Positions 32,985-41,452 of a stretch of 64,000 nt of DNA are shown one piece after another. The notes below the pieces were generated by a model. The model worked only from the letters and a program-made list of their open reading frames with translations. It made no database searches and was not told the DNA's origin. The DNA is from Faecousia sp. GTDB taxonomy: Bacteria > Bacillota > Clostridia > Oscillospirales > Oscillospiraceae. The stretch covers positions 10,672 through 74,671 of the forward strand of contig JAZUQE010000147.1 of assembly GCA_045605575.1 (NCBI GenBank), given 5' to 3'. How positions within the stretch are numbered: the stretch's first letter is position 1; every line of letters begins with the position of its first letter. A program made the translations under genes and the position numbers.

Positions 32985-33956
32985 TCAAATGCCGGTCATT
33001 GCACTTAACACATCTACTTCCATAGACTGAATGTCCTTTTGCATGGCCAGGGCTTCTTCAATATCAATATCCCGATAACTGCCTTCGTTGGTGCAGATAA
33101 TTCGGTTTGTTTTACCCTGTAGGAGTAGTTCTACTGCAAGGAAACCCATTTTTGTAGCATTTACGCGATCTCGGCCGGTAGGGGAGCCGCCGCGCTGAAT
33201 GTGTCCCAAAACAGTAACACGAGGATCCAGATCAATGGCATCCTTGATTTGCTTGGCAATGTCTGAAGCAGAGCCGGCACCTTCAGCAACCACGATCATG
33301 TAATGGGTAAAACCGTTGAAGCGTGCCTGGCGGATCTTTTCGATGACGTCCTTTTCGAAGTCAACAGCCTTTTCGGGCACCAGTACAGCGGTAGCGCCAA
33401 CTGCAAGGCCCACATACATAGCAAGGAAACCCGCATTCCGACCCATGACTTCGACCACAGAACAGCGCTCATGGGATTGCATGGTGTCACGCAGCTTGTC
33501 TATGCATTCGATGGCCGTGTTGGCGGCAGTATCAAAGCCGATGGAATAGTTCGTGCAGCTGATGTCATTATCGATGGTAGCAGGGATGCCTACTACGTTG
33601 ATGCCATATCTGGAAAGTGCTTGCGCGCCACGGAAAGTACCGTCACCACCAATGGCAACAATGCCGTCCAGACCCAGGAATTTACAGGTAGACACAGCTT
33701 TGAGCTGACCTTCTTCTGTCATAAATTCCTTGCTGCGGGCCGTGTAGAGGATCGTACCGCCACGATTGATGATATGGCCGATATTCTTCTCATCCAGACG
33801 GATAATATCGCCGTTGATCAACCCGTGCCAGCCACGGCGGATGCCATAGCACTCAATACCATGGTAAATGGCGGTACGTACAACGCTGCGAACGCAGGGA
33901 TTCATACCCGGTGCGTCACCGCCACTGGTCAGCACTCCGATTCTTTTGATAGGCAT
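32985..33956 (-). CDS. pfkA: 6-phosphofructokinase
   Basis: TSGGDAPGMN, GGDGT, TIDND, EVMGR, LGHIQRGG. Confidence 0.97.
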   Translation of the reverse strand: MPIKRIGVLTSGGDAPGMNPCVRSVVRTAIYHGIECYGIRRGWHGLINGDIIRLDEKNIGHIINRGGTILYTARSKEFMTEEGQLKAVSTCKFLGLDGIVAIGGDGTFRGAQALSRYGINVVGIPATIDNDISCTNYSIGFDTAANTAIECIDKLRDTMQSHERCSVVEVMGRNAGFLAMYVGLAVGATAVLVPEKAVDFEKDVIEKIRQARFNGFTHYMIVVAEGAGSASDIAKQIKDAIDLDPRVTVLGHIQRGGSPTGRDRVNATKMGFLAVELLLQGKTNRIICTNEGSYRDIDIEEALAMQKDIQSMEVDVLSAMTGI

Positions 33957-34077
33957 AAGCTCATCCTCCTAAAGGGTTATTATTTAAATCTATTCTACTA
34001 AAAATTCCGTAAAATGTAAAGCTGTTTACGGAAAAAGTATAAATCGGAAGAAATATGTGCTTTTATATAAATTATGC

Positions 34078-34108
34078 TTGACTGTAAACCTGCTTTATAG
34101 TATATGAT
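34078..34108 (+). promoter_or_regulatory. MerR-type promoter/operator
   Basis: TTGACT-19 bp-TATGAT with dyad ACTGTAAA-n5-TTTATAGT across the spacer, upstream of a MerR gene. Confidence 0.7.
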
Positions 34109-34132
34109 GTGTATCGAAAGGGGAGAGCTTGT

Positions 34133-35590
34133 ATGCTGATTCGGGAGCTGGAACAAAAATCCGGACTGGACCGGGCGACCATTCGGTACTATGAAAAAGA
34201 AGGGTTCATCACACCTCTTCGACAGGATAATGGCTATCGAGAGTATTCCAATGAGGATCTACAGCAGTTGATGAAGATCCGACTTCTGCGTCAGCTTGGA
34301 ATGTCATTGGAGACAATTAAAGGACTGCGGCAGGGGACAGAGGACTTCCACGCAGCACTGGCTGCTTGCATCAAGTCACTGGATGAGCAGGTGATGAATG
34401 CAGACAGAGCAAAAGCCGTATGTACTGCGCTTTACAAAGAAAATACCAGCTATTCGTCTCTAAGCCCTACCGCTTATCTGCAGCTGCTTAACAAGCCAGA
34501 ACTACAGACGGCAACAAACCAGACAAAACCGGCCTTGCATAATAGCTTCAGCGAGCCTGTGTACAGGCCATACCATCCTGTTAGGCGATTTCTTGCCAGA
34601 ATGACGGATTATGCACTGGTGAAAGTATTGGTGATTTTTCTGCTTGTTGTGGTACTTCGAATCCGTCCGCTTGGATCGTTCTGGTCTAATGCACTGACCT
34701 TTGTGATCCCTTTTTTCATGGTACGGGTTGAAGCCATCATGTTACATTGGTGGGGGACAACTCCTGGAAAATGGCTGTATGGTCTTTCTGTCAGGACAGA
34801 AAATGGCGACACTTTAAGCTATTACGATGCCCTTGAGCGTGAAAAATTGGTTCTGCAAGAGGGTTTCGGTTACGGTATCCCCCTATGGTCCGTTTATCGG
34901 CTGTATAAATCCTATATGTATTATGGAGATGTGGATCTCGACTGGGACAGGGAATCGGAGTACCAGTATCATAGATGGGGTGTAAAGAAAATATCCGTTT
35001 TGGTAGTGGCGATCATTCTGATAGTGGGTATGAATCTGTGGTCGAGCTTGGATATGATAAAGCCAACGCACAGGGGGGATTTGAGTATTGCTCAATTTGC
35101 TGAAAATTATAATTACTACATGAAAATGCTCAATGAGGATGCTGGCAGCACTTCGCTGCTGCAACCGGACGGCAAGCATAATGCACCGTCTCCCTATACA
35201 ACGATCGTCTACTTGGATGGCAAACCAAGTTCGGAGGAGATGGATTTTAGGTATAAAACGTCCAATGGCAATGTCCGATCCATTCATTATGAAAGCAACT
35301 GGACGGATGTATACATCTTAAATCCGAAATCGAGTGACTGTCAGATCGCAGCCATCACGCTCCTCATGTCCCAGAAGGGGATAGGGCTGAGAGAGCTTCT
35401 GGAATTTTGGGAACTGCTGAATTCTGCTGACTACAGTAAGAACGGAAAACTGACATATGAAAATATTCAATTGTCTTGGAGCGTAATTACGGAAAATTGC
35501 AAGGTGACTGCAAATTTGATCACAAAAGATGATGATACAAGACCGTCATATGCTGGGCTTGTTTACGATATCGAACTTTGCGGTGAGTAA
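34133..35590 (+). CDS. MerR-family regulator fused to an RDD membrane domain
   Basis: TIRYYEKEG.I.P.R.DNGYR.YS HTH; RRFLARMTDY and G.TPGKWL.GL.V (RDD); C-terminal region probably extracellular. Confidence 0.85.
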   Translation: MLIRELEQKSGLDRATIRYYEKEGFITPLRQDNGYREYSNEDLQQLMKIRLLRQLGMSLETIKGLRQGTEDFHAALAACIKSLDEQVMNADRAKAVCTALYKENTSYSSLSPTAYLQLLNKPELQTATNQTKPALHNSFSEPVYRPYHPVRRFLARMTDYALVKVLVIFLLVVVLRIRPLGSFWSNALTFVIPFFMVRVEAIMLHWWGTTPGKWLYGLSVRTENGDTLSYYDALEREKLVLQEGFGYGIPLWSVYRLYKSYMYYGDVDLDWDRESEYQYHRWGVKKISVLVVAIILIVGMNLWSSLDMIKPTHRGDLSIAQFAENYNYYMKMLNEDAGSTSLLQPDGKHNAPSPYTTIVYLDGKPSSEEMDFRYKTSNGNVRSIHYESNWTDVYILNPKSSDCQIAAITLLMSQKGIGLRELLEFWELLNSADYSKNGKLTYENIQLSWSVITENCKVTANLITKDDDTRPSYAGLVYDIELCGE

Positions 35591-35597
35591 AACGAAA

Positions 35598-35633
35598 CTA
35601 CAGCCGTCGCACCTTATGGTGGGCGGCTGTAGT
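35598..35633 (+). terminator. Hairpin, probable terminator
   Basis: ACTACAGCCG...CGGCTGTAGT immediately after the stop codon. Confidence 0.6.
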
Positions 35634-35654
35634 ATTCTAAAGAAGCACCAGCCG

Positions 35655-35684
35655 AACGACACAAAACCATTGTTTTGTTGCGAG
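35655..35684. other. Candidate dif-like tyrosine recombinase site (site 1)
   Basis: AACGACACAAAA-CCATTG-TTTTGTTGCGAG: imperfect 12-bp arms around a 6-bp asymmetric spacer, upstream of a Xer gene at the gene-orientation switch. Confidence 0.55.
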
Positions 35685-35784
35685 TGAGCACGATCCCGCA
35701 GCCGCGCGCCGGAGGTGCGAGGCAAGGGGGCAGCGGAGGGGTTCAGCAGGGCCTACAATGGCCTTGATTATTTTGGGCCCGCTG

Positions 35785-35836
35785 AACGCAACAAAATAAA
35801 AATTTTGTTGCGTTTAAGCTAGATGTGTGTTATAAT
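35785..35836 (+). promoter_or_regulatory. Palindromic site 2 overlapping the xer promoter
   Basis: AACGCAACAAAA-TAAAAA-TTTTGTTGCGTT (35785-35814) overlaps -35 TTGCGT (35808-35813); 17 bp to TATAAT (35831-35836) with extended TG. Confidence 0.7.
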
Positions 35837-35866
35837 ATATCTAACCTATGATTCAGGAGGTTTATT

Positions 35867-36871
35867 ATGCAGCGTTATCAAGATTGTCCGTTGATTTTGC
35901 GGGATTTTCTTACTTATCATGAGACGATTAAAGGTCAGTCTCCACGTACGATTCAAGAATATTACTTAGATCTAAGAATGTTTTTACGTTTTATGAAATT
36001 GATGCGAAACGATATGCCGATCCATACGCGTTTGGAAGACATTCCGATCAAAGATATTGATATTTCCTTTCTGCGTGATATCAATACATCTGACATCTTC
36101 GACTTCCTTTCTTATCTTGCGAATGATCGCACGCCGAATCCTGACGCTGCTTACCCTGATCATGGAATTGAAGCGTCTTCCCGTGCCAGAAAGCTTTCGG
36201 CAATTAAATCCTTTTATAAATATCTGACAGTCCGCACAAAACAGCTTCCCGAGAATCCAGTTGCGGATTTAGAGTATCCTAAACTTCGCAAGAGTCTTCC
36301 TAAGTATTTAACTCTTGAGCAATCTGCTGCATTGCTTCGAGCTGTATCCGGTCCCAATGAAAAACGCGATTATGCGATTTTAATGATCTTTCTGAATTGC
36401 GGCATCCGTCGTAGCGAATTGGTGGGATTGAACATGTCTGATGTTTATGAGGACCGCCTTAGGATCGTTGGTAAAGGCAACAAGGAGCGATTTGTGTATT
36501 TTGGCACTTCCTGCCGCAAGGCGATTGATGATTATCTTCCCGAACGCAACAAAAAAGTGCTATCAGACAACCGCGCGCTGTTCGGGTCCCGAGATAATAA
36601 TCGGATCAGCGTGACAGCTGTTCATCGGCTGGTGAAAAAAGCCCTTTTGCAGGCCGGTTTGGACGCAACGCAGTTTTCTGCCCATAAATTGCGGCATACT
36701 GCAGCGACTATGATGCTTTCCGGCGGCGTGGATGTAAAGACGGTTCAAGAAGTTTTGGGACACGAAAACCTGAATACTACCCAGATCTACACCCATATTG
36801 AGAACACAGAGCTAAAAATTGCGGCAGAGGCCAATCCTCTTTCTAAGCTGGATTTTTCTGCGGATGAATAA
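35867..36871 (+). CDS. Xer-family tyrosine recombinase (XerC/XerS-like)
   Basis: RDYAI...L.CGIRRSEL, GKG.KER, HKLRHT.AT, LGH..L.TTQIY: complete R-K-H-R-H-Y catalytic set. Confidence 0.92.
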   Translation: MQRYQDCPLILRDFLTYHETIKGQSPRTIQEYYLDLRMFLRFMKLMRNDMPIHTRLEDIPIKDIDISFLRDINTSDIFDFLSYLANDRTPNPDAAYPDHGIEASSRARKLSAIKSFYKYLTVRTKQLPENPVADLEYPKLRKSLPKYLTLEQSAALLRAVSGPNEKRDYAILMIFLNCGIRRSELVGLNMSDVYEDRLRIVGKGNKERFVYFGTSCRKAIDDYLPERNKKVLSDNRALFGSRDNNRISVTAVHRLVKKALLQAGLDATQFSAHKLRHTAATMMLSGGVDVKTVQEVLGHENLNTTQIYTHIENTELKIAAEANPLSKLDFSADE

Positions 36872-36900
36872 AAAAGGGAGGGTTGCCCCCTCCCCTTTTT
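36871..36900. terminator. Bidirectional terminator
   Basis: AAAAAGGGAGGG...CCCTCCCCTTTTT between convergent genes. Confidence 0.7.
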
Positions 36901-36905
36901 CGTTA

Positions 36906-38270
36906 TTACATTGCCGTTGCAATGGCTTCTAGTAGATTCTTGACGCGATAAACAGTCAGCCCTTTTGGAATTTCTAACTTTTCAGACCCGTTTTTTGGGA
37001 TAATACAGGTTTTAAACCCTAATCTTGCCACTTCTCCCAAGCGCTGATTCATATGCGATACACTACGAATTTCTCCGGTGAGACCAACCTCACCAATTGC
37101 CACAAGATCGCTTGGGATCACCGCATCCCGATAAGACGATGCAATGGCAAGAATCACGGGAAGATCAGCACCGGGCTCGTCCAACCTAAGTCCTCCGATC
37201 ACATTGATGTAGGCATCAAAAATGCTCAGCTTCATACCACCACGCTTTTCGGCCACAGCCAGTAAAAGCGCGGCTCGATTGAAATCAAAACCGTCTGCTG
37301 TGCGGCGGGGGACGTTGAAGCTTGTTTTTGAAACCAAAGCCTGCACTTCTGCAAGCACCGGGCGTGTACCTTCCATTACGCAGGCAACACAGGTTCCGGA
37401 AGCACCTTCCGGGCGTCCTTCCAGAAGCATTTGTGAGGGATTTGGCACTTCAATAAGGCCGGTATCCGCCATTTCGAATACACCGATTTCATTGGTAGAA
37501 CCAAAGCGGTTTTTTGCTGCTCGCAGAAGCCGATAGGAGGAATTTGGGTCACCTTCAAAGTACAAAACGCAGTCTACCATGTGCTCCAGTACTTTTGGGC
37601 CGGCAATCGCGCCATCTTTGTTGATGTGACCTACCACAAATACCGTGATGCCGCCTAGTTTGGAAAGGTGCATCATGGACATGGTGCAGTCTTTCACCTG
37701 GGACACGCTTCCGGGTGAAGAGTCATTTTCCTCATTATATAGGGTTTGGATGGAGTCAACGATCAAAATGTCTGGTTTTAGTGCCTGAGTGGCTTCCAGT
37801 ATATCGGAAAGTCTGGTCTCAGACAGGATATATAGTGAGTCCGGCGCCACGCCGAGTCTGTCAGCACGCAGTTTGAGCTGGCGTTCGCTTTCTTCACCGG
37901 AGATATACAGGACTTTTCTGTCGGCGCAAAGCTGATTGCAGATCTGCAAAAGCAACGTGGATTTACCAATACCCGGAGCACCGCCCACGAGCACCAGGCT
38001 GCCTTCTACCGCTCCTCCGCCCAGTACACGATCAAGTTCTCCCATTCCGGTAGAAAAGCGCGCCTCAAGGCCGCTATCGAGTTCAGAAAACCTATACGGC
38101 TGTCTGTGGTCGCTTGGTTGCTTACTTGCGGCAGCTCTGCCGGGGGATGAGGGCTTTTCGACATGCTCCTCCAGCGTATTCCATGCGCCACAGGCAGAGC
38201 ATCGTCCTTGCCATTTGGGACTTTCATTTCCGCAGGAGGTACAGTAGAACACGGTTTTTGTCTTTGCCAT
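36906..38270 (-). CDS. radA: DNA repair protein RadA/Sms
   Basis: C..CG...KWQG.C..C, PGIGKST, KNRFG, GEVGLTGE. Confidence 0.97.
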   Translation of the reverse strand: MAKTKTVFYCTSCGNESPKWQGRCSACGAWNTLEEHVEKPSSPGRAAASKQPSDHRQPYRFSELDSGLEARFSTGMGELDRVLGGGAVEGSLVLVGGAPGIGKSTLLLQICNQLCADRKVLYISGEESERQLKLRADRLGVAPDSLYILSETRLSDILEATQALKPDILIVDSIQTLYNEENDSSPGSVSQVKDCTMSMMHLSKLGGITVFVVGHINKDGAIAGPKVLEHMVDCVLYFEGDPNSSYRLLRAAKNRFGSTNEIGVFEMADTGLIEVPNPSQMLLEGRPEGASGTCVACVMEGTRPVLAEVQALVSKTSFNVPRRTADGFDFNRAALLLAVAEKRGGMKLSIFDAYINVIGGLRLDEPGADLPVILAIASSYRDAVIPSDLVAIGEVGLTGEIRSVSHMNQRLGEVARLGFKTCIIPKNGSEKLEIPKGLTVYRVKNLLEAIATAM

Positions 38271-38327
38271 AACTTAACTCCTTATCTCTGACTGTGATTC
38301 TTATTATATCAGTGTAGAATATACCAG

Positions 38328-39035
38328 TCAAGTGTTGATGAATTTTGCGAGAACAGATGCTATGACACAGCAAATCTTTTTTTGGTACGCCCCTTCCCTA
38401 AGCTTTGCCTCTTCCTCTGCATTGGACAGGAAACCGCATTCAACCAATATCCCAGGACATTGAATGTGCTCCATCATATAGATACCGGAGGCTTTTTTAG
38501 CTGATCGGTTGCTGCCATGGTTTAAAGCGCTTATGAAAGACGCTTGAAGTGCATCGCCCAGTTCCTTGCTGTAAGGATCGTTCGCATAAAATACCTGTGC
38601 GCCGTGATACTGGTTTTGGGGGAAGCTATTTTGGTGGATACTGACCAAAAGTGCATTATCTGCTTCATTGATGATCTCTACTCGTTTTTTCAAGTCAGAT
38701 ACTTTATGGGCTGCGATCGTATCCCCTTCGGTATGCATGGAAATGTCTTCCGTACGGATCATTTGTGTTTGGTATCCAAGGAAGCGAAGCAGCTCATTTA
38801 ATCTTACGGATATTTCCAAATTGATCTTGCTTTCATAAACACCGGTATATGAGACAGCACCGCCATCCTCCCCTCCGTGACCGGCGTCGATTATGATGTT
38901 GATGCGTCCGCTCAATGGTACGTTCTCGGCTATTGCGGTAACGGCACGGTTGGAAAAAGCAGCCAGCAGAATGCAGCCTCCGAATACAGCTAAATATACC
39001 GGAAGGAAATTAATAAAGGAAAGGCGTTTTTTCAT
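38328..39035 (-). CDS. cwlD: N-acetylmuramoyl-L-alanine amidase (CwlD-like)
   Basis: DAGHGG.DGGA, E..INL, SIHQNSF, GAQVFY, VECGFLSN; N-terminal TM; start approximate. Confidence 0.8.
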   Translation of the reverse strand: MKKRLSFINFLPVYLAVFGGCILLAAFSNRAVTAIAENVPLSGRINIIIDAGHGGEDGGAVSYTGVYESKINLEISVRLNELLRFLGYQTQMIRTEDISMHTEGDTIAAHKVSDLKKRVEIINEADNALLVSIHQNSFPQNQYHGAQVFYANDPYSKELGDALQASFISALNHGSNRSAKKASGIYMMEHIQCPGILVECGFLSNAEEEAKLREGAYQKKICCVIASVLAKFINT

Positions 39036-39155
39036 GCGAAGCACCTCCATGTTCATTTCTATGCACAGTGCGTAAAAAGAGAACCGAAGAGGCATATCTG
39101 GCATAGAATGACTCGGAACGACAGTTCCTATGTTACAAGACAGGAGGAATCTACC

Positions 39156-39602
39156 TTGAAAAACAAAACCGGAAGGGATATTGGCGGCGAGGGAAGATTA
39201 CCGTCGATGGCCCCACTGGCAAATCCTTATGTACCGTTTCAAATGGAAAACCCGCCGAAATATGAGGCAAGAAAGGGTTTGATCCGCGGCACGCTGTTCC
39301 CAGGTCTGGATCTGCCTTTTATGGGAATGGTCAATCAGAAAGAGAAGAAAGTAACACCTAGGACGGAAATGCAGGCAATGGCATTTGCGATCCAGGAACT
39401 GGCACTGTATCTGGACACTCACCGAGAAGATACGGAAGCACTTGCGCTGTACCAGACCTATCAAAGAATGTATCATGAGTGCATGAAGAATTATACAGCT
39501 GAGTGCGGTCCGCTTACCCATAGAACACCCACCGACGGGCAATGTTACAAGTGGCTTGATGATCCTTGGCCCTGGGAATACTGTGCCAATAAGGAGGCCT
39601 GA
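39156..39602 (+). CDS. cotJB: CotJA-CotJB fusion spore coat protein
   Basis: PLANPYVPFQ..Y....GL.RGTLFPGLDLPF (CotJA) followed in frame by ELALYLDTH...GPL...W...PWPWE (CotJB); TTG start after CAGGAGG. Confidence 0.85.
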   Translation: MKNKTGRDIGGEGRLPSMAPLANPYVPFQMENPPKYEARKGLIRGTLFPGLDLPFMGMVNQKEKKVTPRTEMQAMAFAIQELALYLDTHREDTEALALYQTYQRMYHECMKNYTAECGPLTHRTPTDGQCYKWLDDPWPWEYCANKEA

Positions 39603-39604
39603 GT

Positions 39605-39762
39605 ATGTTTATTTATGATAAGAAGCTGCAGTACCCTGTAAAGATCGACAAACCCAATCCCAGATTGGCTGCGATCATCATTTCCCAGTATGGCGGTCCG
39701 GATGGAGAGCTTGGTGCTTCCTTACGGTATCTCTCTCAACGCTATTCCATGCCATTCGATGA
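39605..39762 (+). pseudogene. cotJC: cotJC 5' half (codons 1-53) of an interrupted Mn-catalase-family gene
   Basis: Not in ORF track. RBS AAGGAGG, then MFIYDKKLQYPVKIDKPNPRLAAIIISQYGGPDGELGASLRYLSQRYSMPFDE; reads into the element and stops at 39781. Confidence 0.95.
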
Positions 39763-39780
39763 GCCGAAGCATACAGCATG
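39752..39780 (+). repeat. Left attachment junction
   Basis: Core CCATTCGATGA followed by GCCGAAGCA-TACAGCATG; TACAGCATG is the reverse complement of CATGCTGTA at 44182-44190. Confidence 0.88.
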
Positions 39781-39822
39781 AAACGCCGGTGACCTGAACA
39801 TCAGTCTCCGGCGTTTCATGCT
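39775..39822. terminator. Strong hairpin at the element's left end
   Basis: 15-bp perfect IR AGCATGAAACGCCGG/CCGGCGTTTCATGCT. Confidence 0.7.
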
Positions 39823-39852
39823 TATAATTCTATATTGTTATGTGAGTTTTGC

Positions 39853-40491
39853 TCAGCGGTGTTTGGACAGCAGCCAACTTACCAGTTCATCGGTATAGGC
39901 GTGATCCCAGGCGTTATGTCCAGCATTATCTAGCAATGTCATCTTGATCTCAGGATCATCCGGTCGGACTTCCCGCAGTTTTTGTATCATATTCATGGTC
40001 TCGGAAGGGTAAACCGTCTGGTCCTGTGTGCCATGAAAAGCCCAAACGGGCATATCCAGTACAGGTACCTTCCATACCATACCGCCACCACAAATAGGAG
40101 CGATTGCGGCAAAGGTCTGTGGGAACCTGCAGGCCGTCAACCAGGTGCCGTAACCGCCCATGCTCAAACCTGTCAGATAGATACGGGAACGATCTATATC
40201 GAAAAGGGTAATCAGTTTTTGGATGAAGCAGTGCAGATTTAGAATTTCCGCAGCCCAGAAGCTATCGGGGGGACATTGAGGCATGATAAACAAGCAGGGA
40301 TATTCGACTTCTGGCCCTAAAATATGAGATAAGCCATGGAGATCCACCTTTGGCAGGTCATCTCCCCCGTTGCCTACCTCGCCTGCGCCATGCAGCTGAA
40401 TGATCACAGGCATATTGTGTGTGCAGCAGGAGGGCTTGTACATAACAAATGGAAATTCCAAATTATTGGGGCTGTATTCTTCGCGGATCAT
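39853..40491 (-). CDS. Alpha/beta hydrolase (phospholipase/carboxylesterase or peptidase type), element cargo
   Basis: LHGAGE.G, PQCP...W, RIYLTGLSMGGYGTW, FHG..D..V, GHNAW. Confidence 0.88.
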   Translation of the reverse strand: MIREEYSPNNLEFPFVMYKPSCCTHNMPVIIQLHGAGEVGNGGDDLPKVDLHGLSHILGPEVEYPCLFIMPQCPPDSFWAAEILNLHCFIQKLITLFDIDRSRIYLTGLSMGGYGTWLTACRFPQTFAAIAPICGGGMVWKVPVLDMPVWAFHGTQDQTVYPSETMNMIQKLREVRPDDPEIKMTLLDNAGHNAWDHAYTDELVSWLLSKHR

Positions 40492-40561
40492 CGCATAAAC
40501 CTCTTTCTTTTTGCATTGCAAATCCGAAGACTGACTATATGAGATTTTTATGCTATTGGTT

Positions 40562-41434
40562 CTAAATCAGATAGCTGTTAAGAATGGAGATGCCGATTTG
40601 GTTTGCATAGATGTTATCGGTATATTCTGCCAGTAAAAATGCATGGCGGGTCCCTTCGATCACATGCAGATCGCAGGAAAGGTTCATCCTTTGCATCTTC
40701 TCATAAAAGCTTTCTGAATGATACAATCCAACGGTATTGTCACATGCACCATGGATCAGTACAACAGGACACAGATGATCATGGACATGACATATGGGAG
40801 ATAGATAGCGCATCCGTTCTTCAAAGTCCATATGCGCCAGAATAGGATGGTTTGTTTCCGAAGGAATGCACTTTCTCCAAACCGGGCAGTTTTCAAAATC
40901 CAGGATCGCATTCACAAGGAAAGCGCAACGAAATGCAAAGGCTTCTCTGCGATAAGTAGTTGCCAGTAAACCAGCCAGATGGCCGCCGGCAGACTCGCCC
41001 AGGATGGAAACATGATTGGCATCGATATGGTGAACAAGAGCGTGCTCAAGGATATAATCCATTGCTTCCGCGCAGTCATCATAGCAATCTATGATCTGAT
41101 AACCGGGCTTCTGTCCCTCCTCCCTGCTCAGTCGGTAGTCAATACAAACGCAGACGTAACCGTGATCTGCGTAGTACCTGGCAAGATAGCCTAAATAATC
41201 CCCTTGCCAGAGACCATTCTGATCCGGGAATATCTTATGTGTGCTCCAGCCGCCACCATGCACCAGTACAAGCGTGGGAAGCAAGCGGTCCGGCATGGAA
41301 TCCGGATAAAAATAGCTTAAATAGATGTTTTGTCCATCTGCAGATTTGTATGCAACAGTTTCATCACCGCAGTGCCGCTGGATTGCGGAGGAAAAGTCAA
41401 GCTCATGAGATTGCAGTGCGTACACTTTTTTCAT
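40562..41434 (-). CDS. Alpha/beta hydrolase (HSL-like / carbohydrate esterase), element cargo
   Basis: VHGGGW, DYRL, GESAGGHLA, IHG..D..V, H.F. Confidence 0.88.
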   Translation of the reverse strand: MKKVYALQSHELDFSSAIQRHCGDETVAYKSADGQNIYLSYFYPDSMPDRLLPTLVLVHGGGWSTHKIFPDQNGLWQGDYLGYLARYYADHGYVCVCIDYRLSREEGQKPGYQIIDCYDDCAEAMDYILEHALVHHIDANHVSILGESAGGHLAGLLATTYRREAFAFRCAFLVNAILDFENCPVWRKCIPSETNHPILAHMDFEERMRYLSPICHVHDHLCPVVLIHGACDNTVGLYHSESFYEKMQRMNLSCDLHVIEGTRHAFLLAEYTDNIYANQIGISILNSYLI

Positions 41435-41452
41435 AAATTTTTACCTCTGTAC

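Noticed and set aside
35655-35814. Mini CRISPR array from the two palindromes
   Set aside because: Only two divergent copies about 100 bp apart, and no cas genes.
32047-36871. Integron or genomic island bounded by the two tyrosine recombinases
   Set aside because: The interval contains core pfkA; I found no attC-like cassette array and no flanking direct repeats.
39054-39110. Divergent sigma-E promoters for cwlD and cotJ (CATAGAA on both strands)
   Set aside because: The -10-like boxes are present, but I could not identify convincing -35 elements, so they are not called.
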